Shown here: in pieces, positions 9,314 to 17,439 of the stretch | Layout: every line of letters starts with the position of its first letter | Numbering within the stretch: position 1 is the first letter of the stretch | From: Oligoflexales bacterium | Lineage (GTDB): Bacteria; Bdellovibrionota_B; Oligoflexia; Oligoflexales; RGVZ01 | Length of the DNA stretch: 26,659 bases | Direction of reading: 5' to 3' | NCBI GenBank assembly: GCA_044236265.1 | Contig: JBIIGV010000031.1 | Coordinates: forward strand, 1 to 26,659 | Made by a program: the position numbers and the translations under genes | The notes under the pieces: generated by a model | What the model was told of the DNA's origin: nothing | What the model saw: only the letters and a program-made list of their open reading frames with translations | Database searches by the model: none

Positions 9314-10183
9314 TTAATTTAAAGATAACCCACTGGAATCACTAGGGAGGCTAGTTTTCAGCCAGGTACGGTACAGGCGCTCAATATGACCAAAAACAGC
9401 GTTAGCTCGCGATGTATGCAAACGATGGGAGCCAATCTGTGTCACCGGAACCACGCCATAAACGCTTGAGGTGACAAAGGCCTCGTCAAAACGCGGGATC
9501 TCCTCCTCCGATATCAGACGTTCCGTTACCGGTATCTGGGCCTTTTCAAGTAACTCTTTGACCCTTCGCCTGGTGATCCCCTCTAAAATTCCGCTAGCCG
9601 GGGCAGGGGTAGCTATTTCCACCAAATCCCCAGTTCTGCCAATAAGAAAAATATTACTCCAGGTCGACTCGGCAAGCTCACCATCGCCGTTAATCCACAG
9701 CACATCATCGAATCCAGCCTTCTTAGCTCGTTCAACGTGTATGTGCCGCGTTCCTAACATTCCCGTTTTAATATGAGATCCTTTGGGCCATGAAGACTCG
9801 CGTATAGGCTGTAATTTCTGACCTAATTTATTTTTTTGCACGATTAGTTCAGATGATTCAGGGCTAGTCATCAATAGACGTCGAAGAGATTTGTCATTAT
9901 CAAGAAATAAAATTAGCCGTAGGCGAGACCATTCATTCGACGAATGATTGACTAAGCTTTTTTCAATGTCAAACCGCAGCACATCAATGCGGAGATTGTC
10001 AGTGAAGCCCATACGCTCTTGATGAGTCATCAATCGATCCAAATGACGATCAAAATCGACGACGCTCTGGCCGATCGCAAGCATTGTCGTCATGACGCGA
10101 ACTCCGGCAAAGAGGTCTCCACGACCCGCTGTTAATTCACCGTCGAGCATCGTGCATTCTATACCATCCAACCAGATGCGCAT
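9314..10183 (-). CDS. Class IV PLP aminotransferase (PabC/IlvE-like)
   Basis: Motifs 'HLDRL', PLP lysine 'HIKT', 'E.TWSNIF', 'ILEGITR' and 'DEAFVTSS'. The start was moved from 10249 to ATG 10183 because the longer start runs through the fliW terminator. Confidence 0.85.
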   Translation of the reverse strand: MRIWLDGIECTMLDGELTAGRGDLFAGVRVMTTMLAIGQSVVDFDRHLDRLMTHQERMGFTDNLRIDVLRFDIEKSLVNHSSNEWSRLRLILFLDNDKSLRRLLMTSPESSELIVQKNKLGQKLQPIRESSWPKGSHIKTGMLGTRHIHVERAKKAGFDDVLWINGDGELAESTWSNIFLIGRTGDLVEIATPAPASGILEGITRRRVKELLEKAQIPVTERLISEEEIPRFDEAFVTSSVYGVVPVTQIGSHRLHTSRANAVFGHIERLYRTWLKTSLPSDSSGLSLN

Positions 10184-10203
10184 GATTAACTCTACATCTC
10201 CTG

Positions 10204-10238
10204 AAAAATTAAAGAGGCGGACTAGTTCGTCCGCCTCT
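10204..10238 (-). terminator. Intrinsic terminator after fliW
   Basis: mRNA reads AGAGGCGGAC-GAACUA-GUCCGCCUCU followed by UUAAUUUUU. Confidence 0.85.
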
Positions 10239-10264
10239 ACTTTTAACAATCTAATCCAAACCTA

Positions 10265-10807
10265 TCAGCTCTTCTTGGAGGATCCGGTTTTTGCAGCAGC
10301 TTCGGCAGACTGATCGCTCTTGGCCTGCTTAACCGCTTCCTGAACGCTTGCCGCCTCATCATTCGTCGTACGCTTACGAACTTCTTCCATGATGTTGTGA
10401 CGGGTTGTGAAGGTGCTCGTATTCAAAATAACCTGCTTACCACGGCGATTTTTCAAATTGAAAATCAGAGGAGCCTTCAAGTTGGCAGTCATATTTTGCG
10501 GGTTGCTCGGTACAGTTACGATCACAGAGATAACAAGATCTTCTTCTGATTGAACGTCGAGTTCGGCCAATTCTGCATCAGTAACTTCAGCAACATACTC
10601 TGGATTGAATAGAAGTGGGTCAATCAAAACAAAAGCGATGGCACCATCTTCAACCGATTGGAACCACTTGAACGGAGAGTCTTTGTCATGATCGAGAAGC
10701 ACATATTGCTTAAGTTCAGGAAAACCAATAAGGCCTGAAGGGAGATGAATGACGTCGCCTTCTGGAACATCGATTTCGCCGAACCTTGTGGTCTTTACTT
10801 TGATCAA
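10265..10807 (-). CDS. fliW: Flagellar assembly factor FliW (CsrA antagonist)
   Basis: Motifs 'TTRFGEI', 'GLIGF', 'F.W.QS', 'AFVLIDP' and 'MTANLKAPLIFN...GKQVIL'. The TTG start at 10807 is 7 nt after SD AAGGAG. Confidence 0.95.
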   Translation of the reverse strand: MIKVKTTRFGEIDVPEGDVIHLPSGLIGFPELKQYVLLDHDKDSPFKWFQSVEDGAIAFVLIDPLLFNPEYVAEVTDAELAELDVQSEEDLVISVIVTVPSNPQNMTANLKAPLIFNLKNRRGKQVILNTSTFTTRHNIMEEVRKRTTNDEAASVQEAVKQAKSDQSAEAAAKTGSSKKS

Positions 10808-10931
10808 GACACGACTCCTTCTACGCAATGGAAAGCCCGTAAATTGCGGCGCCCAACACGGTAGCGCAGACTAACCCCGTCTAATCGCTACAGTTTCTAA
10901 AACGCTTGAATGTCCCTTTAAGCTATTATTT

Positions 10932-10961
10932 AGTTTAGAACAGACATTCACCAGATTGCAA
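10932..10961 (-). promoter_or_regulatory. Putative sigma70 promoter of fliW
   Basis: TTGCAA-N18-TAAACT in the csrA-fliW spacer. Confidence 0.45.
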
Positions 10962-10993
10962 GTATTTTGGGTTGTTACCTGCATAAATTTTTT

Positions 10994-11290
10994 TCAATCG
11001 TTGTCATCTTCAGGTTTTGACGCACGCACAACACGTCTAACTCCCGTAGATCGTTTGTCTTGTGGCTTGGAGAACATTAATCCAGCCTCCTTCAAGGCCC
11101 CCGCGTCAGACACAGCCGCAGCCCTATTCTCCTCAAGGATTCGCTGATAGACCTCACCCCTGTGGACCATGATATTGGGGCTTGCCTTAATCCCAATTCT
11201 GACCTGCTTGCCCTTGATCTGCATGACGACAACCGTGATGTCATCACCAATCGCTATCTCCTCACGTTCTTTCCTAGTTAAAACTAACAC
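10994..11290 (-). CDS. csrA: Carbon storage regulator CsrA, FliW-type
   Basis: 'MLVLTRK..E.I.IGDDI...VRIGI.A...V.HR.E' followed by the FliW-type C-terminal 'EENRAA' helix. GTG start. Confidence 0.96.
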   Translation of the reverse strand: MLVLTRKEREEIAIGDDITVVVMQIKGKQVRIGIKASPNIMVHRGEVYQRILEENRAAAVSDAGALKEAGLMFSKPQDKRSTGVRRVVRASKPEDDND

Positions 11291-11294
11291 CCCA

Positions 11295-11368
11295 ATACCC
11301 TCCTTGGTATCGCCCTCCCTGGCGGGGCACTAAACAAAAAACAACACAGTCAGAAATCCATCCTGACT
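11295..11368 (-). promoter_or_regulatory. Three GGA-loop hairpins (putative CsrA sites) in the csrA leader
   Basis: AGUCAG-GAUGGAUUU-CUGACU, CGCC-AGGGAG-GGCG and AUACC-AAGGAG-GGUAU. The last overlaps the SD. Confidence 0.8.
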
Positions 11369-11378
11369 CTAAAACCCC

Positions 11379-12278
11379 TTATTGCAGAAAGTTCAGCAAC
11401 GAAGGCTGTAGAACTTTATTCGCAGCCAATAAAGTACTTTGTAAAATCGTTTCGGTTTTCTTGAAATCACTCACAGCAGCAAACGCATCCGCGTCCAAGA
11501 TGCCACTCAGTCGTCCCTTGACCGCCTCAGTTTCGCGATTGATTCGATTCTGAGTCCCGTTAATGGAGTTCCACATTCCACCAATGGTCGCCTGAAAACT
11601 CGTCACTTTATCCAAATGAAACTCGAGCTCGCTTAGGCCATGCTGAATTGCAAATTTATCATTCGATACCAAGGCATCATAGACCCTCTGCAGAGAGTGA
11701 ATCATGTTTACATGACCTTTTTCCTGCTCTTCAGATGTCGGCGTAAAAAGATCACGCGCGGTTACGTTTATTTGAGAAAACTTACCCGCGGCCACCTCAA
11801 CGAATATCTTACCGTCATCACCAACATAGTCGCCGTCGCGAGTGATGGGTGGACTTTGATTCCTGTATCCGCCGAACACGAATTTTCCGTTGTAGTTACT
11901 GTTTGCCAGCATCACGATTTCATCGATGATTTCTCGAATTTCCCGCGATGCTGCGTCGCGACTCTGCGCATTATTAGTATCATTTGCCATACCGATCGAA
12001 AGCTCTTTAGCCCGCATGAGGTTTTCTGTCATGCTGGAAATAGCTTGTTCTGAAGTCTCGAGATATCCCTTACTCATTTCGATATTTTTAACATGCTGGT
12101 CCTGGGAGCTAATCTGATCCTTATATCGAAGCGCACGGGTCAGACCCACAGGATCATCCGAAATATCCCGAATAGCCTTCATACTCGAGGCAGTATCCAT
12201 GGCTCGAGCATTGTTGCCCTTGGCCGTCGCCACTTTCTCATTTACCTGCCTGTAACGCTGATTTTCAGCTACTCTCAT
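11379..12278 (-). CDS. flgL: Flagellar hook-associated protein 3
   Basis: Flagellin-like 'SDDPVG', 'ANSNYNGKFVFGG' and C-terminal 'PSLLNFL'. Follows flgK. Confidence 0.93.
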   Translation of the reverse strand: MRVAENQRYRQVNEKVATAKGNNARAMDTASSMKAIRDISDDPVGLTRALRYKDQISSQDQHVKNIEMSKGYLETSEQAISSMTENLMRAKELSIGMANDTNNAQSRDAASREIREIIDEIVMLANSNYNGKFVFGGYRNQSPPITRDGDYVGDDGKIFVEVAAGKFSQINVTARDLFTPTSEEQEKGHVNMIHSLQRVYDALVSNDKFAIQHGLSELEFHLDKVTSFQATIGGMWNSINGTQNRINRETEAVKGRLSGILDADAFAAVSDFKKTETILQSTLLAANKVLQPSLLNFLQ

Positions 12279-12291
12279 TTAACCGCTCCCC

Positions 12292-13719
12292 TTACCGTTT
12301 CAGGCTCAGAACGGTATCAAGCATCTCATCCACAGTGGTGATCACTTTAGACGACGCCGTAAAGTTAGACTGCCATTTCATCAGACTTACGGCTTCCTCG
12401 TCGAGCGACACCCCAGAGACTGCTTCACGCTGCGTCTGTAAGTCATTGACGACGAGATCATTAGCTTCTTTCAAGTGGGTCGAGCGATTTATTTCAATCC
12501 CAAGATTACCCACGTAAGTCGAATAAAACTCAATCAAGTCGGAATTGCCACCATCCATCATCTTTTCGTGCTTCAATCCAAGCATTTCGTTAATGACAAT
12601 GTTGTCGCCACCGGCCAGCGGAGTGCCTGCAACGGATATCGCCTCGACGGAATCTGCGATGTCAGCAGAAAGTTCTAGGTCGCGAGCTGCATTGGCCAGA
12701 CTCTCAACTGGCTTGAAAAAGTTTCTGCCGGTTGATTCATCGAAATTCTTGATGCCATATCCCTTTTTATGAATCTCGTTAACGCGCGACGTAAACTTCA
12801 CCGCCATGTCGCTGTTTCGATCGATAATATCTTTACAAATATTGTCACGAACCTCGACTAAACCCTTTAAACGGCCACCATCTAACATCCGGGTAACATT
12901 TCTCTTGCTGCCACCCTCACTGTCGGTAATCAAAATATCAGCAAATCCATCGTTTTTGTCGTTCGCACTGACTGTAAATTCTGCAACATAGTTGCGATCC
13001 ACCAGAGCAATATCCTGTGGACCACGAATGCAAAAGTTACCGTATTCATCTTCGTAGTAATTTATCTCAACCTTCTCAGTTAACTCCCTGAGAATTAAGT
13101 CGCGTTGGTCACGCAAGTCATTGGCGAAGGCGCCTGGCGTGACTTCCATTTCCTGAATCTGTTGGTTGAGGCTGGCAATATTCTTCAATCGACCATTGAT
13201 CTCTGAACACTCCTGATTGACGATCTCGTCAATATCAAGGCGACGCTGACGAATGTCAGAGTCAACCCTTTTAAAGGAACCAAGTACATTTTGCGCACTC
13301 TCGCGGACGGCCGAGCGGACTGACATATCTTCCGGGCTTAGACTCAAATCTTGCAAGGAATTGAAGAAGTTTGTGATCTCATCCGAAACGCCAGAAGCCA
13401 ACTCTGGACTAAAGATAGACTCTAAAGTTTTCAGCGCTTCAAAGCGACCGTTTGCCTCACCACTTAGCTGATGGGCACGATTCAGTTGTCGCTCGACAAA
13501 TTGATTGTGGCTTCGGGTGATATCTTTGACGTAAGCGCCGGACCCAAGAACTAGGCCATGAGTGAACAGCGGAGTTCTTGAGCGCACATCGACCCGCTGT
13601 CGACTGTAGCCTTCCACGTTTGCATTAGAAATGTTGTGAGAAGCCGTATCGACGCCTTGTCGAGACGCATGTAGCGCATGCTCGCCGATATTTAAGGTAT
13701 GGAATAGGCCTGCACCCAT
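12292..13719 (-). CDS. flgK: Flagellar hook-associated protein 1
   Basis: Motifs 'HNISNANVEGYSRQ', 'ANDLRDQRD' and 'SGVSLDEEA'. Confidence 0.96.
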   Translation of the reverse strand: MGAGLFHTLNIGEHALHASRQGVDTASHNISNANVEGYSRQRVDVRSRTPLFTHGLVLGSGAYVKDITRSHNQFVERQLNRAHQLSGEANGRFEALKTLESIFSPELASGVSDEITNFFNSLQDLSLSPEDMSVRSAVRESAQNVLGSFKRVDSDIRQRRLDIDEIVNQECSEINGRLKNIASLNQQIQEMEVTPGAFANDLRDQRDLILRELTEKVEINYYEDEYGNFCIRGPQDIALVDRNYVAEFTVSANDKNDGFADILITDSEGGSKRNVTRMLDGGRLKGLVEVRDNICKDIIDRNSDMAVKFTSRVNEIHKKGYGIKNFDESTGRNFFKPVESLANAARDLELSADIADSVEAISVAGTPLAGGDNIVINEMLGLKHEKMMDGGNSDLIEFYSTYVGNLGIEINRSTHLKEANDLVVNDLQTQREAVSGVSLDEEAVSLMKWQSNFTASSKVITTVDEMLDTVLSLKR

Positions 13720-13724
13720 CTAGC

Positions 13725-14330
13725 TTATGCCCTCACGTATATTGTCGATGCACCGTTTGATGATTTATTTTGTGTTCCCTGCGCGGAGTACGTGGCCTGC
13801 GCTTGCTCACACAACTCAATCATGACTCTGGTGCTTTCTTGATAGCTTCTGACAACACCACTTAATGCAGAACGATTGAGCTCAATCTTTGGCTTGACCT
13901 CTGCGGCGACCTTTTTGAAAAGCGCTAACTCTTCTTTCAGTCTCGAGATCTGTAGTGACAAAACGTTCGCTGAAAGGTCTGTCTGCCTCTCGGCAATTGC
14001 TTTGTGGATACCCTCAAGCATCTGGATCCCGTTGGATAGATCACCTGGATGCATGGCTGACCCCTCACAATCGGCATCACCCCGAATATTGAAAATTTGT
14101 TGAGATAACTGCTGAAGCTCATCAAATGCTGTCGTAATTTCATCCGCAAGTAGGCTTTTTTCAGCAGCTAATTCTTCTAAACGCGCCGAATAAGAGTGCG
14201 AATGAATCATCGCATGCTCTTCATCAATCAGCTTTGGCATCGCTGCGTAGCACTCGCGCATTTTAACGATTGCAGCCAAATACTTTTGCGTAATTTCGAT
14301 GAGATAGTTAAATCTTGAAGAATTCAACAT
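13725..14330 (-). CDS. flgN: Probable FlgN export chaperone (divergent, 201 aa)
   Basis: All-helical protein between flgM and flgK with a C-terminal 'TYSAQG' typical of FlgN tails. The call rests mostly on synteny. Confidence 0.65.
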   Translation of the reverse strand: MLNSSRFNYLIEITQKYLAAIVKMRECYAAMPKLIDEEHAMIHSHSYSARLEELAAEKSLLADEITTAFDELQQLSQQIFNIRGDADCEGSAMHPGDLSNGIQMLEGIHKAIAERQTDLSANVLSLQISRLKEELALFKKVAAEVKPKIELNRSALSGVVRSYQESTRVMIELCEQAQATYSAQGTQNKSSNGASTIYVRA

Positions 14331-14356
14331 TGCGCATCCCCTTCCTCATGTGAGCG

Positions 14357-14368
14357 GCCATCCGTGGC
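14357..14368 (-). promoter_or_regulatory. Putative CsrA site in the flgM-flgN spacer
   Basis: GCC-ACGGAU-GGC hairpin (stem extendable to 14352-14373), upstream of the GGA-rich SD AGGAAGGGGA. Confidence 0.65.
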
Positions 14369-14397
14369 TGCCCGGATGAAATCCGGCGTGCCGCAAA

Positions 14398-14775
14398 TCA
14401 GTTATCTTTACTCGTAGCCAGGTGTTCCATAAAAGCTTCGCGCAGCATTCCATCTGCGATTTTTCCCGAATCAACCTCATATGTCCCAGCCTGGATTTTC
14501 GCCTTGATTTCAGCGACACGATCCTCTCGAACATCGGGAGTGTTTTTTGCAATATCAAAAGCCTTTTTCTGCTCTGATGCGCGTGTCTTTGCTTTGTCAC
14601 TCAGCTCAACGCCGTAGTTCTTATTAATTGCAGATGTGTTTGCCGCAGCTTTGGCAATACTGTTCGGATTGCCCAGTTCAACTGCCGCTGCTGCAGAACT
14701 TGTCGATTCGGACTCCTTAGTCTTCAACAGATTGGGATTACCCACAGGCGATGATGATACATTCTTAATGGCCAT
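14398..14775 (-). CDS. flgM: Anti-sigma28 factor FlgM
   Basis: 'VELSDKA...PDVREDRVAEIKAKIQAGTYEVDSGKIADGML'. Confidence 0.95.
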   Translation of the reverse strand: MAIKNVSSSPVGNPNLLKTKESESTSSAAAAVELGNPNSIAKAAANTSAINKNYGVELSDKAKTRASEQKKAFDIAKNTPDVREDRVAEIKAKIQAGTYEVDSGKIADGMLREAFMEHLATSKDN

Positions 14776-14781
14776 GATCTG

Positions 14782-15243
14782 TTACCCCCTTATTTTCGTC
14801 GCAGAAGCGACACCTGTACCTATTGTGACCTCTTTTTGCTCAGGCCGCAACGTTGCAGCTCCTGCACGCTCATAGCTATGAACCGCTGCTTTTTTCAAGG
14901 CACTAGGGGAAGACCCTGATTTGACACCCATACTCTGCAAAAGTTGGCGCTCAATCATATCGGCAAGTCCTGAAGCGCTCTGCTGGGACATCTGCTTTGC
15001 GTACTCGGAATCCAGCATCGAGGTGTAAATTTCCTCCGCGTTTCCGCCATCGATAAGCCCTGATTTTTGCACGGAAGATCGCATTGATTTGAACATTTGC
15101 TCAAGGAAAATGGATTCGAAGTCCTTAGCCAGCTGCTTAACTTTTTTGATGTCTCCTTCGCGAGATCCACGCTCAACAAGGCCATCCACTTTGGCTGCAG
15201 ATGCCTGATCAATAGAACTTGTCAAACTGGCTTTGATATCCAT
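14782..15243 (-). CDS. flgJ: Rod-binding protein FlgJ (short form, no muramidase domain)
   Basis: 'AKDFESIFLEQMFKSMR...GGNAEEIYTSMLDSEYA...GLADMIERQL'. Confidence 0.9.
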   Translation of the reverse strand: MDIKASLTSSIDQASAAKVDGLVERGSREGDIKKVKQLAKDFESIFLEQMFKSMRSSVQKSGLIDGGNAEEIYTSMLDSEYAKQMSQQSASGLADMIERQLLQSMGVKSGSSPSALKKAAVHSYERAGAATLRPEQKEVTIGTGVASATKIRG

Positions 15244-15246
15244 TTA

Positions 15247-15265
15247 GCTCTCCGTCCCTGGAAGC
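15247..15265 (-). promoter_or_regulatory. Putative CsrA site overlapping the flgJ SD
   Basis: GCUUCC-AGGGAC-GGAGAGC gives an ANGGAN hexaloop plus an overlapping ACGGAG at the SD. Confidence 0.55.
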
Positions 15266-15273
15266 CGCTTGTC

Positions 15274-16320
15274 TTACATAAATCTCAATTCACCTTGCAA
15301 AGCGCCGGCTGATTGAAGCGCTTGCATGACACCAATCAGATCTGTTGGCTTCATACCCATTGCATTCATACCTTCTATCAACTTCGATACCGTTGACCCA
15401 CCAAGATTCATGACCGCAGCACCTTTTTTCTTGCCCGCTCCTGCGCCGCCGACACTGATACTCAAGTCACCGTGAGAGATCGTCACAGGAGAGATGACTA
15501 CCTCACCTCCCATCACAACCGTCCCTGTGCGCTCGTTGATCAGCACGACAGCTTTCTGATCTATAGAAACCTTCAAAGTTTCGAGCTCAGCAATAAAGTC
15601 GACAGTCCGCCCTTCAAAAATCGAAGGAATTTCCACGTCAATTCCGTGAACGTCCTTAGACGTCGCAAAGAAGCCTTTAAAATGCCTGTTGATAGTTTCA
15701 ACCAAACGACGATTGGTAGTGAAATCCGGTCGCTTCAAACTGAGTGTGATGAGACCATCTTTATCAATCACAGGTGAAAATTCTCGTTCCACAACCATTC
15801 CACCAGGCACATTAGCAACGGTTTGAACCTGAACACCAACCCCGGATGCCTGACTGACCACTACGGGACCCTGAGCCATGCCGTAAACTTGTCCATCGTT
15901 AGCCTTCAAAGCTGAGCTCATCAGAACCCCACCAGCAAGACTTTTAGCATCGCCGATTGTGGAAATCCGCACATCAATTTTATCGCCATTTCTTGCGAAA
16001 GCCGGAAGCTCCGCCGTGACCATAACTAACGCAGCCATTCCACCTGAAACCTGCTTGTCAGTTATTTTAAGACCCATTTTTTGCATCATGGCGGCAGTGG
16101 CCTGGTTGGTAGAAAGCGATGCGGAAGAATCACCGGTTTTATTGAGACCAACGACGAGACCGACACCCATGACCTGGTTTGAGCGGACGCCTCGAACATT
16201 TACGAGTTCCTTGACTCGAACTTCCTGCGCCAAGCCAGACTCGGAAATGACAAAACAGCCAGAGATGGCCGCAATGGCAACTACCAGCATTTTCATATTA
16301 TGAAGCCTCATACGTCCCAC
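15274..16320 (-). CDS. flgI: Flagellar P-ring protein FlgI
   Basis: Motifs 'GVRSNQVMGVGLVVGL..TGD', 'VTAELPAFA', 'GDAKSLAGG' and 'INERTGTVV.G'. The true start may be ATG 16311 or 16296. Confidence 0.96.
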   Translation of the reverse strand: MGRMRLHNMKMLVVAIAAISGCFVISESGLAQEVRVKELVNVRGVRSNQVMGVGLVVGLNKTGDSSASLSTNQATAAMMQKMGLKITDKQVSGGMAALVMVTAELPAFARNGDKIDVRISTIGDAKSLAGGVLMSSALKANDGQVYGMAQGPVVVSQASGVGVQVQTVANVPGGMVVEREFSPVIDKDGLITLSLKRPDFTTNRRLVETINRHFKGFFATSKDVHGIDVEIPSIFEGRTVDFIAELETLKVSIDQKAVVLINERTGTVVMGGEVVISPVTISHGDLSISVGGAGAGKKKGAAVMNLGGSTVSKLIEGMNAMGMKPTDLIGVMQALQSAGALQGELRFM

Positions 16321-16322
16321 CC

Positions 16323-17432
16323 TTACTTCTTCGTCTCAGCTTTTTTTGCTTCTGGCTTTTTAGCTTCACTCTTCTGATCTTTAGGCTTTTCTGCAGACTT
16401 TTTATCAGTAGATTTCTTGTCAGCATCCTTCTTATCATCTTTTGCATCGGAAGACTCTTCAGAGCTTTCGCCTAGCTTCTTTTTGAGCTCTTCATTTTCA
16501 GCAGTCAATTCTGAGACCTTCTGGGAGGTCTTATCTTTCTCTTCCATTAGAGACGCTCTTTCTTTCGAAATTTTATCTCTATCGGCTATGTGCTGCTTTA
16601 AATCCTTCTCAAATTTATCCCGAGCAGCCTTAAGTTCTTGTCGCTTCTCATCGATGGCCATCGCTTGCTTACTTTTGCTTTCTTCAAATCCGCTCAGACG
16701 CAGAGTGTACTCGTCTTCCCAGTTTGCACTTTTCCTCTCAGCAACTTCCCCATCAAAACTTTCACGCCAATCAACATCAACCAAATCGTTAGTGGAAAGC
16801 TGATCTTGACGCGACAAAGCTGTCGACGGCAATCTCGACGTCACAACAATCTCTGATGCCTGGCCTTCACGCATGCTACGACGTCGATGCATTACAAGAA
16901 CATCTCCGTTGTCAAATTTCTCCATGATTTCCATCTTCATGGACGTCATCAGCGCAGCCTTGCCATCCAAAGGCTCAAGATTTGGCAACGACTTGAGAAT
17001 ATTTTTTGCATCATCGGCGCCGCCTGCACCGGCTTCGGCGGCCTTTCCTTCTGCAACTGCTGGAGCCTCTCCCGCCTCTTTGGACGACGGCTTGGTATCC
17101 ACTCGATTAGACGCCATCTTCACGTCAACGTATGAGCCGACCTCAAGGGGCCGCTCAAAACCTAGCAAATACGCCCTGGGGTCATTTAGATCCGTAAGGG
17201 ATCCAGTGTCGTTCACAGGAGCTTTGCGCCTAATTTTAATTTCTTTTTGTCGGACAAACAGATCTTTCGGCCTTGCATCGTCAATCTTTGGCTCCTCGTT
17301 AACGGGAACTTTTTGACTGGCAACTACGGGCATTGGCTCGCGTTTTGAAATATATTTTTCGCCACCAGTAAGACAACCGCTTACCAGAATCGATAGAGAG
17401 AATAAACCTATGGAAAAACGGAATTGAAGCAT
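16323..17432 (-). CDS. flgH: Divergent flagellar L-ring lipoprotein FlgH with a C-terminal coiled coil and charged tail
   Basis: Sits between flgA and flgI, has lipobox VSGC (Cys20), and retains the degenerate FlgH blocks 'GSL...VGSYVDV' and 'EIMEKFDNGDVLV'. Confidence 0.7.
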   Translation of the reverse strand: MLQFRFSIGLFSLSILVSGCLTGGEKYISKREPMPVVASQKVPVNEEPKIDDARPKDLFVRQKEIKIRRKAPVNDTGSLTDLNDPRAYLLGFERPLEVGSYVDVKMASNRVDTKPSSKEAGEAPAVAEGKAAEAGAGGADDAKNILKSLPNLEPLDGKAALMTSMKMEIMEKFDNGDVLVMHRRRSMREGQASEIVVTSRLPSTALSRQDQLSTNDLVDVDWRESFDGEVAERKSANWEDEYTLRLSGFEESKSKQAMAIDEKRQELKAARDKFEKDLKQHIADRDKISKERASLMEEKDKTSQKVSELTAENEELKKKLGESSEESSDAKDDKKDADKKSTDKKSAEKPKDQKSEAKKPEAKKAETKK

Positions 17433-17439
17433 ACAAACC

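Noticed and set aside
10184..10249. N-terminal extension of the aminotransferase from TTG 10249
   Set aside because: It runs through the fliW terminator. ATG 10183 gives a typical family N-terminus.
14790..14825. Internal sigma28 promoter for flgM
   Set aside because: Only a weak -10 box (GACGAAAA) is present, with no properly spaced TAAA.
14782..15243. FlgJ lacking a muramidase domain as a possible pseudogene
   Set aside because: Single-domain FlgJ is normal outside beta/gamma-proteobacteria, and the ORF is intact.
16240..16300. Lipobox-like ISGC in the FlgI signal peptide
   Set aside because: Cleavage at GLA|QE right before the conserved mature start is more plausible, and FlgI is normally not lipidated.
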